DNA of 64,000 nt from Oligoflexia bacterium (GTDB lineage Bacteria > Bdellovibrionota > Bdellovibrionia > JABDDW01), in NCBI GenBank assembly GCA_034439615.1, contig JAWXAT010000031.1:67093-131092 (forward strand), given 5' to 3'. The number at the start of each line of letters is the position of its first letter. Within the stretch, counting starts at the first letter, position 1. The notes beneath the pieces were generated by a model. That model was not told the origin of the DNA and searched no databases. It was given only the letters and a program-made list of their open reading frames with translations. This document shows, piece after piece, positions 1-8,742 of this stretch. The translations under genes and the position numbers were made by a program.

Positions 1-484
1 GCCACAAGAATCATCAAATAATCTTTTTGTAATTCAATATCAATGGGACACATTTGAATTGCGCGCTTATGTTCAACTAATGCAAGAGCTGTTTTTTTTA
101 ATTGTACCTGCGATATTATTAACATGTGCAAAACATCGGTATTTCCTTTTTCAAGTTCATCGGCTTCTTGAAATTTTTCAAGTGCGTCTGCGTATTTTTG
201 TTGAGCGAATAACTCCTTGCCCGATAAATGAGCTCGAAACCCTTCGTCTGTATAAAAGAGTTTTGATAGCTGAAGAAGTTTTTCGCGTAAAACGGGGGTA
301 TCTGCTGTTGACGCTTTTTTCAAATTTCTTTGAAGTACGTTACTGGCCAATATTCGATCATGATTAAGCGAAAGATTTTCAGCCTCTCGCAAAATCCGCT
401 GAAGTGGCATTGCCGAATTAGCGCTTGATGACAGAGCCAACACAAGTGCGAAATTAAAAATAAGCATGGCGATTATTTTTTTCA
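1..484 (-). CDS. Partial CDS, N-terminal part of a secreted helical/TPR-like protein; the gene runs off the window start
   Basis: Reverse-strand ATG at 482-484 opens a frame with no stop down to position 1; N-terminus MKKIIAMLIFNFALVLALSSSANSA looks like a signal peptide; not in ORF track because no stop in window. Confidence 0.45.
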
Positions 485-520
485 TATGACTTATTGTCTT
501 ATCACAGTGTGAGAAAAAGA

Positions 521-2857
521 TTAGCTAATTTTATTTGCAAGTACTGAGCGTGGCTTACTGCCATTTGAAGGTCCAACAACACCTTCATTTTCAAGAATTT
601 CAATAAGTCTTGCAGCCTTAGGATAACCAAATCTAAATCGCCGCTGGATAAGACTTGCACTGACTTCTCTTTGACTCGTCACAAAAGCTACAACTTCATC
701 ATAACCCTCTTCACGATCAGGGTTCATATATTCGTCATCGCTGCCAGCGTTCTCAGCCTCTTCCATTGATAATACCGCCGTAGAATTAAACTGCGGTGTA
801 CCCTGTTTCATCCAAAATTCACTAACAGCCGTCATCTCTTCATCACGCAAAAATGCACCGTGATAACGCTGTGGCTGAGATAAACCAGGCGCTAAGTAAA
901 GCATATCTCCAACAGATAAGAGTCTTTCAGCGCCACGTTGATCAAGAACAATGCTTGAATCTACTTTGCTCGCCACTTTAAAACTAATGCGTCCGGGGAA
1001 GTTTGTTTTAATCAAACCCGTTAGAACTTCACGTCTCGGACTCTGCATAGCAATTACTAAATGAATACCCGAAGCTCGAGCCATTTGCGCCAAGCGAACA
1101 ACTGCGGGCTCAACACCACTTCTATCTACCGACATAAGATCTGCAAACTCTTCAATAACAGCAACTATGTAAGGTTGTTGCTCACAATAATATGACTGCA
1201 TAGCGGTTTGTGGATTATCTTCAAAAGCTTTAATTCTTTCGCGATGTGTTTCAAGCTCATCAGATTTTATTGCGGTGACGGCATCATTGTAAGCTTCAAT
1301 ACTTTTACTGTTAAACCTGCTCATTGATCTGTAACGCTTTTCCATTTCACGAATGAGCCATTTTAATGTGTTCACTGCGGGCTTTGCATCTTTTACCGGT
1401 GGCATAAGTAAATGTGGAATTTGATGAAATACAGCCAAATCAACTTGCTTTGGGTCAACAATTATAAGTCTTAGGGTTTTTGGTGAATGGCGCATGATGA
1501 GACTTGTAACAAGCGACATTATAAAAACGCTTTTTCCTGAGCCCGTTGTTCCTGCGACCAAGAGATGTGGAATTTTTCTTAGATCAATAATTTTTGGTTC
1601 ACCACTGACATTTTTACCAAGCGCTACAGGGAGCTTTATATCTTCAGACCAAAAATCTCGCGACTCAAGAAGCTCTTTCATGTAAATCGTATCGCGCTTA
1701 CTATTTGATGTTTCAATTCCCACCACATCACGCCCGGGTATGGGGGCAATGATTCTGAGTGATTCAGCAGAAAGCGCCAAAGACAGATCATCTGTTAATT
1801 TTGTAATGTCATTAATCTTAATACTCGCTGCCGGTCTAAACTCATACATGGTGACTGCGGGCCCGGGTTTTACCTCTACAACTTGCCCGAGCACATCAAA
1901 CTCTGCGAGCTTTTGCTCAACTAAACGAGCGTTGCGAGAAATTTCTCTTTCATCAATTTTCTTTTGGCCACCGGGAGGGTCGTTTAAAAGATTAAGGTTT
2001 GGAAGTTCCCAATTTTCTACGAGCCTTGGCGCTTGGTTAAAAACAGCTTTTAGCTTGTTAGCAATTTTTTCTTTTTTAGCAGCCATGGGATTTCTAATGA
2101 CTGAGGCAAATGAGCCCGTTTCTTCAGAGTCATCAGCACCACTTGCTTGTGAGTCTAATGAAAATTTCACTGGATTATTATGTATGAGGCCATCTCGCAT
2201 ACCACTTTGCGTAATGACAAGTGCGGGCTTTTCTTTTCGTTTAAATAATTTCAGGGCGGAAATTTTAAATTTTGCTTTCCATGCTACTAAAATAGAAAAC
2301 GGATTAAACATATTGCGCGGCAATATCTCAGTAAGTCGTTTTTCAGTGTAAAAAATCACAAGCACAACAGCTGACGTCCATAAAATGATGCCAACACCGG
2401 CTCGATTAAAAATATTCACAAGGCCCTGACTAACAATAACTCCTACAGCACCGCCCAAAGAAACATGGTTTTGAAATATTCTTGTTTCAGGTAAATAGAG
2501 TCCAAAGAGACTTGCAAATACCAAGAGAAGTAACACGCCCCAAAGCATGCGCAGTTTTCCCGCGGGCATGGGCTTACCTTGAAATGCGTGAGCTGATCTT
2601 CGAAGTGTGCCGACAATGATTAGCCAAGAAGAAATTCCTAATACTTGATAAAAAATATCACTTAAAAAACTTCCGAAGTATCCGCACAAATTATGAACGG
2701 CGAGACCCGCTTTATAATTTTGAGAAACTTTTAAAGCCGAATTAAATGAAGGATCCGCGGGGTTAAAACTTAGGAGTGCTAGAGCTAAAAAAAGCCCAAG
2801 TGCGGCCCAAAGAGTGCCCACAATATCACGACGAAACTTTTCAAGTAGAGGAGCCAT
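521..2857 (-). CDS. ftsK: DNA translocase FtsK
   Basis: 778 aa; N-terminal TM helices, Walker A GTTGSGKS, C-terminal gamma winged-helix (RRFRFGYPKAARLIEILE). Confidence 0.95.
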   Translation of the reverse strand: MAPLLEKFRRDIVGTLWAALGLFLALALLSFNPADPSFNSALKVSQNYKAGLAVHNLCGYFGSFLSDIFYQVLGISSWLIIVGTLRRSAHAFQGKPMPAGKLRMLWGVLLLLVFASLFGLYLPETRIFQNHVSLGGAVGVIVSQGLVNIFNRAGVGIILWTSAVVLVIFYTEKRLTEILPRNMFNPFSILVAWKAKFKISALKLFKRKEKPALVITQSGMRDGLIHNNPVKFSLDSQASGADDSEETGSFASVIRNPMAAKKEKIANKLKAVFNQAPRLVENWELPNLNLLNDPPGGQKKIDEREISRNARLVEQKLAEFDVLGQVVEVKPGPAVTMYEFRPAASIKINDITKLTDDLSLALSAESLRIIAPIPGRDVVGIETSNSKRDTIYMKELLESRDFWSEDIKLPVALGKNVSGEPKIIDLRKIPHLLVAGTTGSGKSVFIMSLVTSLIMRHSPKTLRLIIVDPKQVDLAVFHQIPHLLMPPVKDAKPAVNTLKWLIREMEKRYRSMSRFNSKSIEAYNDAVTAIKSDELETHRERIKAFEDNPQTAMQSYYCEQQPYIVAVIEEFADLMSVDRSGVEPAVVRLAQMARASGIHLVIAMQSPRREVLTGLIKTNFPGRISFKVASKVDSSIVLDQRGAERLLSVGDMLYLAPGLSQPQRYHGAFLRDEEMTAVSEFWMKQGTPQFNSTAVLSMEEAENAGSDDEYMNPDREEGYDEVVAFVTSQREVSASLIQRRFRFGYPKAARLIEILENEGVVGPSNGSKPRSVLANKIS

Positions 2858-3001
2858 GATTTAATTGTATATGAAGCCAGCTTTTGGAACCACTCTAACC
2901 CTACCTCTAAGTATTTAAAAATATTAGGCTAAAGTCATATATGCTGCGAATTTATCTCGACAAAAGGCCCTGTCGCAGTGCATAAATGGTGCTTTTGATG
3001 T

Positions 3002-3694
3002 ATGAAGGGCTCCATGCTTGAAACGAATCACACAGAAAAACAGAATCAAGATCTCTCGTTAAAAATTAATGAGATTTTTTATAGCATTCAAGGGGAGTCA
3101 ACACTTGCTGGATGGCCCACTGTTTTTGTGCGCACAACGGGCTGTAATATTCGCTGTAATTATTGTGATACAAAATATAGTTATTATGAAGGCACTGAGT
3201 TTTTACTTTCACAATTAGAAACAAAAATAAAATCATACAAAGCTCAACACGTTTGCATCACTGGTGGTGAACCTATGGCGCAGAAAAACATTTTACCTTT
3301 AATGAAAAATCTTTGTGATCAAGGTTATACCGTTTCTTTAGAAACAAATGGTTATTATGACACAACTCAAGTTGATTCACGCGTTATAAAGGTTATCGAT
3401 ATTAAGACCCCCGATAGTGACGCAGGGAATAGTTTTAATTTCAAAAATCTTGAAGCACTGAATCCACAAGATCAAATTAAGTTTGTTCTGTGCAGCGAAA
3501 ATGATTATGAATGGGCAAAGCAACTAATATCTGAAAAATCGTTAGAAAAAAAATGCACCGTGTTTATGAGTCCCGCATTTGAAACCATGTCTAATAAAAG
3601 CTTAGCTGAAAAAATATTAAGTGATTCTTTACATGTCCGCTTGCAACTTCAACTGCATAAATATATATGGAACCCCAACACTCGAGGAGTTTAG
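3002..3694 (+). CDS. queE: 7-carboxy-7-deazaguanine synthase (radical SAM, QueE)
   Basis: 230 aa; CNIRCNYC CxxxCxxC cluster motif, length and motifs typical of QueE. Confidence 0.85.
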   Translation: MKGSMLETNHTEKQNQDLSLKINEIFYSIQGESTLAGWPTVFVRTTGCNIRCNYCDTKYSYYEGTEFLLSQLETKIKSYKAQHVCITGGEPMAQKNILPLMKNLCDQGYTVSLETNGYYDTTQVDSRVIKVIDIKTPDSDAGNSFNFKNLEALNPQDQIKFVLCSENDYEWAKQLISEKSLEKKCTVFMSPAFETMSNKSLAEKILSDSLHVRLQLQLHKYIWNPNTRGV

Positions 3695-3706
3695 GGGGAA
3701 TAACAC

Positions 3707-4012
3707 GTGACGCCATCACACGGACAATCAAACAATTTATTTGTTGCTAATTTAAATAAGGTCAGTCTAGAAAAACTTGTTCGCAGCAAACTCGAAGTTA
3801 TTTTAAAACAAATCGAAGAAGGTGGCCGCGTAAAAAATCTCTATAGCCAAGTTATGGAGCAAGTTGAACGGCCCATGATCGAATTGGCCCTACGCTTACA
3901 AGGTGGCAACCAAATTAAAACCGCAGAACTTCTTGGAATCAACAGAAACACTCTCAGAAAAAAAATCACTACCTATAAAATCAAAGTACCAACAGCTTCC
4001 AGCAAACAATAG
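3707..4012 (+). CDS. fis: Fis-family DNA-binding protein
   Basis: 101 aa; C-terminal HTH ...[19 protein letters not shown] resembles Fis LGxNRxTLRKKL; GTG start. Confidence 0.7.
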   Translation: MTPSHGQSNNLFVANLNKVSLEKLVRSKLEVILKQIEEGGRVKNLYSQVMEQVERPMIELALRLQGGNQIKTAELLGINRNTLRKKITTYKIKVPTASSKQ

Positions 4013-4014
4013 TA

Positions 4015-4428
4015 TTGGGTATGGCACTCAAACCAACAACCTGGATCGCAACATTTATCGCCTTCATCACCCTTGATGCATTGTGGTTTAAACTAGTCGT
4101 TGGAGATTTTTTCCACCAACGGCTTTTGCCACTCATTGATTCAGAAAATGGCTCAATTAAATTAAAATATTTTGAAGCAGGTTTTGTTTATTTTTTTCTA
4201 ACACTGGGCTTATTAACACTCGTAGCAACTCCCAAGAAGGCGACTCTCACTGAAGCGCTCATATACGGAGCAATCTATGGGTTAGTGGTCTACGGCGTAT
4301 ATGACTTTACAAATCGCGCCGTTTTAAAACACTGGCCATGGGATTTCATGCTCGTAGATATAGCCTGGGGCAGTGTCTCATGTGCGCTAGTAAGTGGATT
4401 AGCCTTTTATCTTGAGAAACAATCCTAA
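4015..4428 (+). CDS. Small integral membrane protein (DUF2177-like)
   Basis: 137 aa, four hydrophobic segments. Confidence 0.55.
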   Translation: MGMALKPTTWIATFIAFITLDALWFKLVVGDFFHQRLLPLIDSENGSIKLKYFEAGFVYFFLTLGLLTLVATPKKATLTEALIYGAIYGLVVYGVYDFTNRAVLKHWPWDFMLVDIAWGSVSCALVSGLAFYLEKQS

Positions 4429-4439
4429 ATTTAACCAAT

Positions 4440-4506
4440 AGTCCACCAGCGGACATAGTCATGAAGTGCATATGATTCAAATCAAGTTTTGCTATTCAAT
4501 CTAGTG
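4440..4506. repeat. Direct repeat copy A (~65 bp; core gacatagtcatgaRgtgcatatgattcaaatcaagttttgctattcaatctagtg)
   Basis: Near-identical copy at 5282..5349; 55-bp core with 1 mismatch, more diverged 5' extension. Confidence 0.85.
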
Positions 4507-4635
4507 TTTGAAGCCTACAGCTCAAAGAGCCTCGAACAGTTCCATCTAGAGCGCTGTTACTGGTAGATATTCACTAGCTCAAGCTTTAACGAAATACCAG
4601 TTTGAAATCGTGCCCTTAAGTGGGGCAATTAACAT

Positions 4636-4664
4636 TTGAGTATTGCCCATTATATGTGTATAAT
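4636..4664 (+). promoter_or_regulatory. Sigma70-type promoter TTGAGT-N17-TATAAT ending 6 nt before the DUF4160 ATG (leaderless mRNA predicted)
   Basis: ttgagt 4636-4641, 17-nt spacer, tataat 4659-4664, ATG at 4671. Confidence 0.5.
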
Positions 4665-4670
4665 ATACCC

Positions 4671-4913
4671 ATGTCGCCGGTTATTTTTGTCTTTGAATCG
4701 CTGAAGTTTAAAATCAACGTGAACGATCACAACCCTCCGCATGTACATGTCGAGGGATGTGGAACAGGGGTGCGGATCAACTTACTGACCCTGGTTTTCA
4801 TGGATGACAAAACGGATTTTTCGCAAGGCACTTTGGACAGGATTATGACTGAAGTCAAAAAACGCAGGGATGAGTTAATAGAAGAATGGGAGAAATATCA
4901 TGAAAAAAATTAA
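4671..4913 (+). CDS. DUF4160-family small protein (putative toxin-like component)
   Basis: 80 aa from ATG 4671 (MSPVIFVFESLKFKINVNDHNPPHVHVEG); DHNPPHxH motif is the DUF4160 hallmark; track ORF starts earlier at GTG 4620 but ATG 4671 fits the family N-terminus. Confidence 0.75.
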   Translation: MSPVIFVFESLKFKINVNDHNPPHVHVEGCGTGVRINLLTLVFMDDKTDFSQGTLDRIMTEVKKRRDELIEEWEKYHEKN

Positions 4914-5154
4914 AACTGGAAAAATAGAAATTGGATCTGATGAATTCAATCCTAAAAAGGGAAAATTTCGCGTGAATATGTTCGTTGACCTTGACGTAGT
5001 TGATGAAATTCGCAAGATCGCAGCAAAGCGACATGTTCCTTATCAGACCCTCATTAACCAAAAGCTTAGAGAAGTTTTCATGAATGAGCAAAGCCTTGAA
5101 GACAGACTGGCTCGTATGGAGGAAATCGTCCTCAAGAAACGTTCAGGAACCTAA
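4900..5154 (+). CDS. BrnA-like antitoxin (COG3514 / ribbon-helix-helix)
   Basis: 84 aa; ...VDLDVVDEIRKIAAKRHVPYQTLINQKLREV matches BrnA YQTLIN..LRE signature; overlaps upstream gene by 14 nt. Confidence 0.7.
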   Translation: MKKIKTGKIEIGSDEFNPKKGKFRVNMFVDLDVVDEIRKIAAKRHVPYQTLINQKLREVFMNEQSLEDRLARMEEIVLKKRSGT

Positions 5155-5281
5155 TAGTTTCTGACCGATGTTTGTTTCGAAATACAAAGCGAAATAAGTA
5201 CTACAAGATTACACCTATAGAGTTAGGCTTCTATTAGATACCTAACTTCATAGGGCGATGATTTCTGACTTAAGAAAATGA

Positions 5282-5349
5282 AGTCCGCAAGCGCGACATA
5301 GTCATGAGGTGCATATGATTCAAATCAAGTTTTGCTATTCAATCTAGTG
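5282..5349. repeat. Direct repeat copy B
   Basis: Matches 4440..4506 (one mismatch and one 1-bp indel in the core). Confidence 0.85.
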
Positions 5350-5364
5350 GCGGGTGGTAAGGAG

Positions 5365-5568
5365 TTAGGCTCGTTTCTTTTTAAGCTCTTCTTTAACAAT
5401 TTTACGGACAGCTTCCTCAGTAAGTCCTTCTTTTTTTCCGTAGGGAGTGCTCACGTCATGGACGTAGCTTCTGACGATCTTATTTAAAAGAGTCTGATAC
5501 TTAACTCCTTTTTTCTGAGCAATTTCTTTAAGCCCAGTCAAAGCATCCTCATCAAGCATGGTTGTCAC
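5365..5568 (-). CDS. BrnA-like / CopG-type ribbon-helix-helix antitoxin
   Basis: 67 aa; LKEIAQKKGVKYQTLLNKIVRSYV carries the same YQTL(L/I)N motif. Confidence 0.6.
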   Translation of the reverse strand: MTTMLDEDALTGLKEIAQKKGVKYQTLLNKIVRSYVHDVSTPYGKKEGLTEEAVRKIVKEELKKKRA

Positions 5569-5620
5569 TCGAATTTTGGTATGATTTGGAGGCCTGAATG
5601 ATTACAAGTTATTTTTTAAA

Positions 5621-5869
5621 TTATTCTTTGCCTAAATCTTCGGGAGAAATTACTTCTTCAATGACAATGCCGCCCTCTTCATCAAATTTATCTTTGGCGT
5701 GAATAATTACTTCTCTTAAATATTCGGCAAGGGCAAGGCGTAATTCTTCGAGCGTTACTTCGTCTCGTGCGATGCCTACATTTGATAGTACTTTTGAAAG
5801 TTCATTTGCGACTAAATCACTGGGCAGTCCCGTGGCGCCTGTGACAGCTTTAAACAGCTCGTTCCCCAT
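5621..5869 (-). CDS. Hypothetical 82-aa acidic protein, upstream partner of the BrnA-like gene
   Basis: Strong RBS GGGGGA before ATG; 52-nt spacing to downstream RHH gene; no recognisable family. Confidence 0.5.
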   Translation of the reverse strand: MGNELFKAVTGATGLPSDLVANELSKVLSNVGIARDEVTLEELRLALAEYLREVIIHAKDKFDEEGGIVIEEVISPEDLGKE

Positions 5870-5983
5870 AAATTTCTTCCCCCTATTTATTCGACAGCCT
5901 CATTTGAACAAGAGGTTAGTTTTCCATCAACGGTTTTTTGCTAAACCACTTGAATCTGGACCATCAAATTTACAATAAAGTAT

Positions 5984-7348
5984 TTAGGCGTTTGGGAAGG
6001 TATGGGTCGTAGGGCCGGGGGCTTCTGCTGTGGGCTGTAAATTAGCAAACGTACCGTATTGAGAAAGCCAAGCCATCTTCACCGCACCCGTTGGGCCGTT
6101 TCGTTGCTTGCCTATAATGAGTTCTGCTTGGCCCTTAATTTCAGAATTTTCACGATCGTAATATTCGTCGCGATAGATCATCGCGACCACGTCAGCATCC
6201 TGCTCGATTGAGCCGGACTCCCTTAAGTCGGAAAGCATTGGCCTTCGATCTGTTCGACCTTCAACGCCTCGATTAATTTGGGACAATACAATTACCGGAA
6301 TTTTTAATTCTTTAGCTAACGCCTTCATATTACGTGAAATTTCTGAGATCGCGCGCTCACGACTTTCTACTTTTGTTTTTAGATCCATGATTTGTAGGTA
6401 ATCAACAATTACTATATCAAGACCTTTTTGAGCCTTTAACCTTCGACACTTTGCGCGAATCTCATAGGGGCTAGAACCAGATGTGTCATCGATATAAAGT
6501 GGAGCTTCACTAAACTTACTTGCAACACTTATAAGTTTTGGCCAAACGCTATCTGATACACGTCCAACGCGAAGATCAGAAAGATTAACTCGGGCCTCTG
6601 AACCCAACATACGCATCATGACTTGATCTTGACTCATCTCAAGAGAGAAAAACGCTACAGATTTTTTCTCTCTTAAAGCTATGTGTTGAGCAATATTTAA
6701 ACAAAGAGCTGTTTTACCCATTGAAGGACGAGCGGCGATGATGATGAGCTCGCCAGGCTGAAATCCGCTGGTCATTTTATCAAGATCAGTAATACCTGAA
6801 GCCACACCCGTCATTGAACTTTTTTGATTATAAAGATATTCAATGCGATCAAGGCTTGATTTAATTATTAGCCCAGCATGAGTAAGGCCCATGCCTTTTG
6901 CTTTTTCAGCAATAGAGAAAATACTTGATTCTGCTTCGTTGAGGAATGCATCAAGATCACTATAACTTTGTTCGTAGGTTTTTTCGATAATGCTATTGCA
7001 ACTCTCAAGGAGTTTTCGAAGCGTTGACTTCTCTTTTACAATCTCTGCATACGACATGATATTTGCTGATGAAGGAGTTTGATCAATTACAGTTGCAAGG
7101 TACGACGTACCACCAACAGCATCTAGAATACCTTCATCGCGAAGCGCAGACGTGACTGTAAGCAAATCCACGGGCTGGTTACGTTGTCGAAGCCCAAGAA
7201 CTGCATTATATATTTTTCTGTTTGCGGCCTTGTAGAAGTCGTTTTCACTAATGATGTCTATCACGCGATCAAGGGCATTGGGATCAATCATGACCCCACC
7301 CATAACCGACTGCTCGGCCTCCAGATTTTGTGGAGGAAGCCTTGTCAT
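5984..7348 (-). CDS. dnaB: Replicative DNA helicase DnaB
   Basis: 454 aa; Walker A ARPSMGKTA, DnaB N- and C-domain motifs. Confidence 0.95.
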   Translation of the reverse strand: MTRLPPQNLEAEQSVMGGVMIDPNALDRVIDIISENDFYKAANRKIYNAVLGLRQRNQPVDLLTVTSALRDEGILDAVGGTSYLATVIDQTPSSANIMSYAEIVKEKSTLRKLLESCNSIIEKTYEQSYSDLDAFLNEAESSIFSIAEKAKGMGLTHAGLIIKSSLDRIEYLYNQKSSMTGVASGITDLDKMTSGFQPGELIIIAARPSMGKTALCLNIAQHIALREKKSVAFFSLEMSQDQVMMRMLGSEARVNLSDLRVGRVSDSVWPKLISVASKFSEAPLYIDDTSGSSPYEIRAKCRRLKAQKGLDIVIVDYLQIMDLKTKVESRERAISEISRNMKALAKELKIPVIVLSQINRGVEGRTDRRPMLSDLRESGSIEQDADVVAMIYRDEYYDRENSEIKGQAELIIGKQRNGPTGAVKMAWLSQYGTFANLQPTAEAPGPTTHTFPNA

Positions 7349-7390
7349 ATACCCTTACCAGTTCTTAAGCGCGTGTTAGTTAGTAAGCGC

Positions 7391-7837
7391 TTACTTTTCT
7401 CGCTCTACGTTTACTTTAACTTCAGCTTCTACACCAGTAGCAATCCTAACTTTCACTCGGTATTGGCCTAAAACCTTTATAACCTCATCGAGTTGAATGT
7501 CGCGGCGCTCAACGTTGAACCCAGCCTTGGTGAGTTCGTTAGCAATGTCACCTGATGTTATAGAACCAAAGAGTTTATCTTGTTCGCCCGCTTGAGCGCG
7601 CAATGTAACAGTTTGACCCGAGAGTTTCTCAGCGACTTTCTTTGCAGAGGCTGATGCTTTCTTTTTCTTTGCATCTGCCATTGTTTGTAAGTGCTTGAAT
7701 TCTTTTACGCGGTCTTCTGTTGCTTCCATCGCGAGTTTGCGAGGAACTAAAAAGTTGCGCGCATAACCATCAGCTACTCTTACGAGATCGCCAACTTTAC
7801 CTAGGGAACGAACATCTTGTGCTAAAATAACTTTCAT
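7391..7837 (-). CDS. rplI: 50S ribosomal protein L9
   Basis: 148 aa; MKVILAQDVRSLGKVGDLVRVADGYARNFL typical L9 N-terminus. Confidence 0.95.
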   Translation of the reverse strand: MKVILAQDVRSLGKVGDLVRVADGYARNFLVPRKLAMEATEDRVKEFKHLQTMADAKKKKASASAKKVAEKLSGQTVTLRAQAGEQDKLFGSITSGDIANELTKAGFNVERRDIQLDEVIKVLGQYRVKVRIATGVEAEVKVNVEREK

Positions 7838-7839
7838 TT

Positions 7840-8742
7840 TTACTCTCCAAAATTACGTGCTGCACTTTTATCTGATTTTTGCCTGTTACGAAATCCCATC
7901 CAGAGATCTACGAAACCTAAAAAGGCGACCATCAAAAAGAGCTGCGAAAATATGAAAAAATAAGCCATAGCTCTCCAGAAAACGGAGACCTGCTTCACAA
8001 TAAAAAAATCGACAATTACTGCTAAACCTTGGAAGAAATAAAGCATAACGGCAACGTTAAAAACATTTGTTGCAAGCCAGTGAACACTTTCAGGTTCAAC
8101 CTTATTAAAAAAAGTGCCGGCAGCTGCTGCTAGTGCAATCCAAACAAAACTATCTGGCAGCTTCCAATTTCTTAGCTCACTACTTGCAAAAATATGTTTT
8201 TGTTTCGTGGGAACCCAACCTAAAAGTTTTTCAACGCGCGAAACAAGAATTGAACTCAGCCAAATTGAGAAAATCACCATTATCAAAAGGGCTGAAGGAA
8301 TTTGTTTCACCAACGCATCTTTATCAATCTTAATGCCCGCTGGAAGCTTTAGCTGAGCCAACGCGCCATCGATTTGCGCTGTAAAAAAACTTGCAGGTTC
8401 AAAACCATTATTTTGAATCACAACGCCAAGTGCAATAGTTCCTAATCCGCTGACGACCAAAAGACTTACAAATGCTGCAGTAGAATAACCAATGTTTTGG
8501 TTTTCACACTCACAGAAAACAAAAGTCAAAATGACGGCTGCAGAAAAAAGAACCATTATAGAAGGCGTTCCAAACCAGGCGATAAAGCCTAATCCTAAAA
8601 GCGACGCAATAAAGAAGTTTAAACGCCCCCCATTACGACGCACTAGCATGAGCGGTAGTGGCGTCAAGATAACCGTTGTCACCGTGAGCACCAGCGCTAT
8701 TGCAGAAAGGATAATGGTTGAAAGAATCCCACGAAGATTCAT
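7840..8742 (-). CDS. Polytopic membrane protein, YybS-like (DUF2232)
   Basis: 300 aa, about 8 TM segments; sits between rpsR and rplI, the place yybS occupies in Bacillus; start overlaps rpsR stop (TGATG). Confidence 0.55.
   Translation of the reverse strand: MNLRGILSTIILSAIALVLTVTTVILTPLPLMLVRRNGGRLNFFIASLLGLGFIAWFGTPSIMVLFSAAVILTFVFCECENQNIGYSTAAFVSLLVVSGLGTIALGVVIQNNGFEPASFFTAQIDGALAQLKLPAGIKIDKDALVKQIPSALLIMVIFSIWLSSILVSRVEKLLGWVPTKQKHIFASSELRNWKLPDSFVWIALAAAAGTFFNKVEPESVHWLATNVFNVAVMLYFFQGLAVIVDFFIVKQVSVFWRAMAYFFIFSQLFLMVAFLGFVDLWMGFRNRQKSDKSAARNFGE

Noticed and set aside
59-367. 102-aa ORF (+) at window start
   Set aside because: It lies antisense within the better-supported partial minus-strand gene 1..484 (signal peptide, TPR-like, runs off the window). 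It has no RBS and an odd composition.
1494-2351. ORFs 1494..1685 and 1740..2351 (+) inside ftsK
   Set aside because: They lie entirely within the strongly supported ftsK gene on the opposite strand. They have low-complexity Ser-rich translations and are typical antisense shadow ORFs.
2858-3001. Possible preQ1 riboswitch upstream of queE (small hairpin cgaca-aaaggccc-tgtcg followed by an A-rich stretch)
   Set aside because: The loop lacks the conserved preQ1-I features I can recall, and the A-rich tail does not match. I cannot support it without a covariance-model search (Rfam RF00522/RF01054).
4440-5377. Interpretation of the repeats or GTTAGGC heptamers as a bona fide integron attC array
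   Set aside because: No integrase gene is present. The repeat has no R''-L''/L'-R' palindromic organisation, and the core / inverse core order is reversed relative to attC. I kept it only as a low-interest note.
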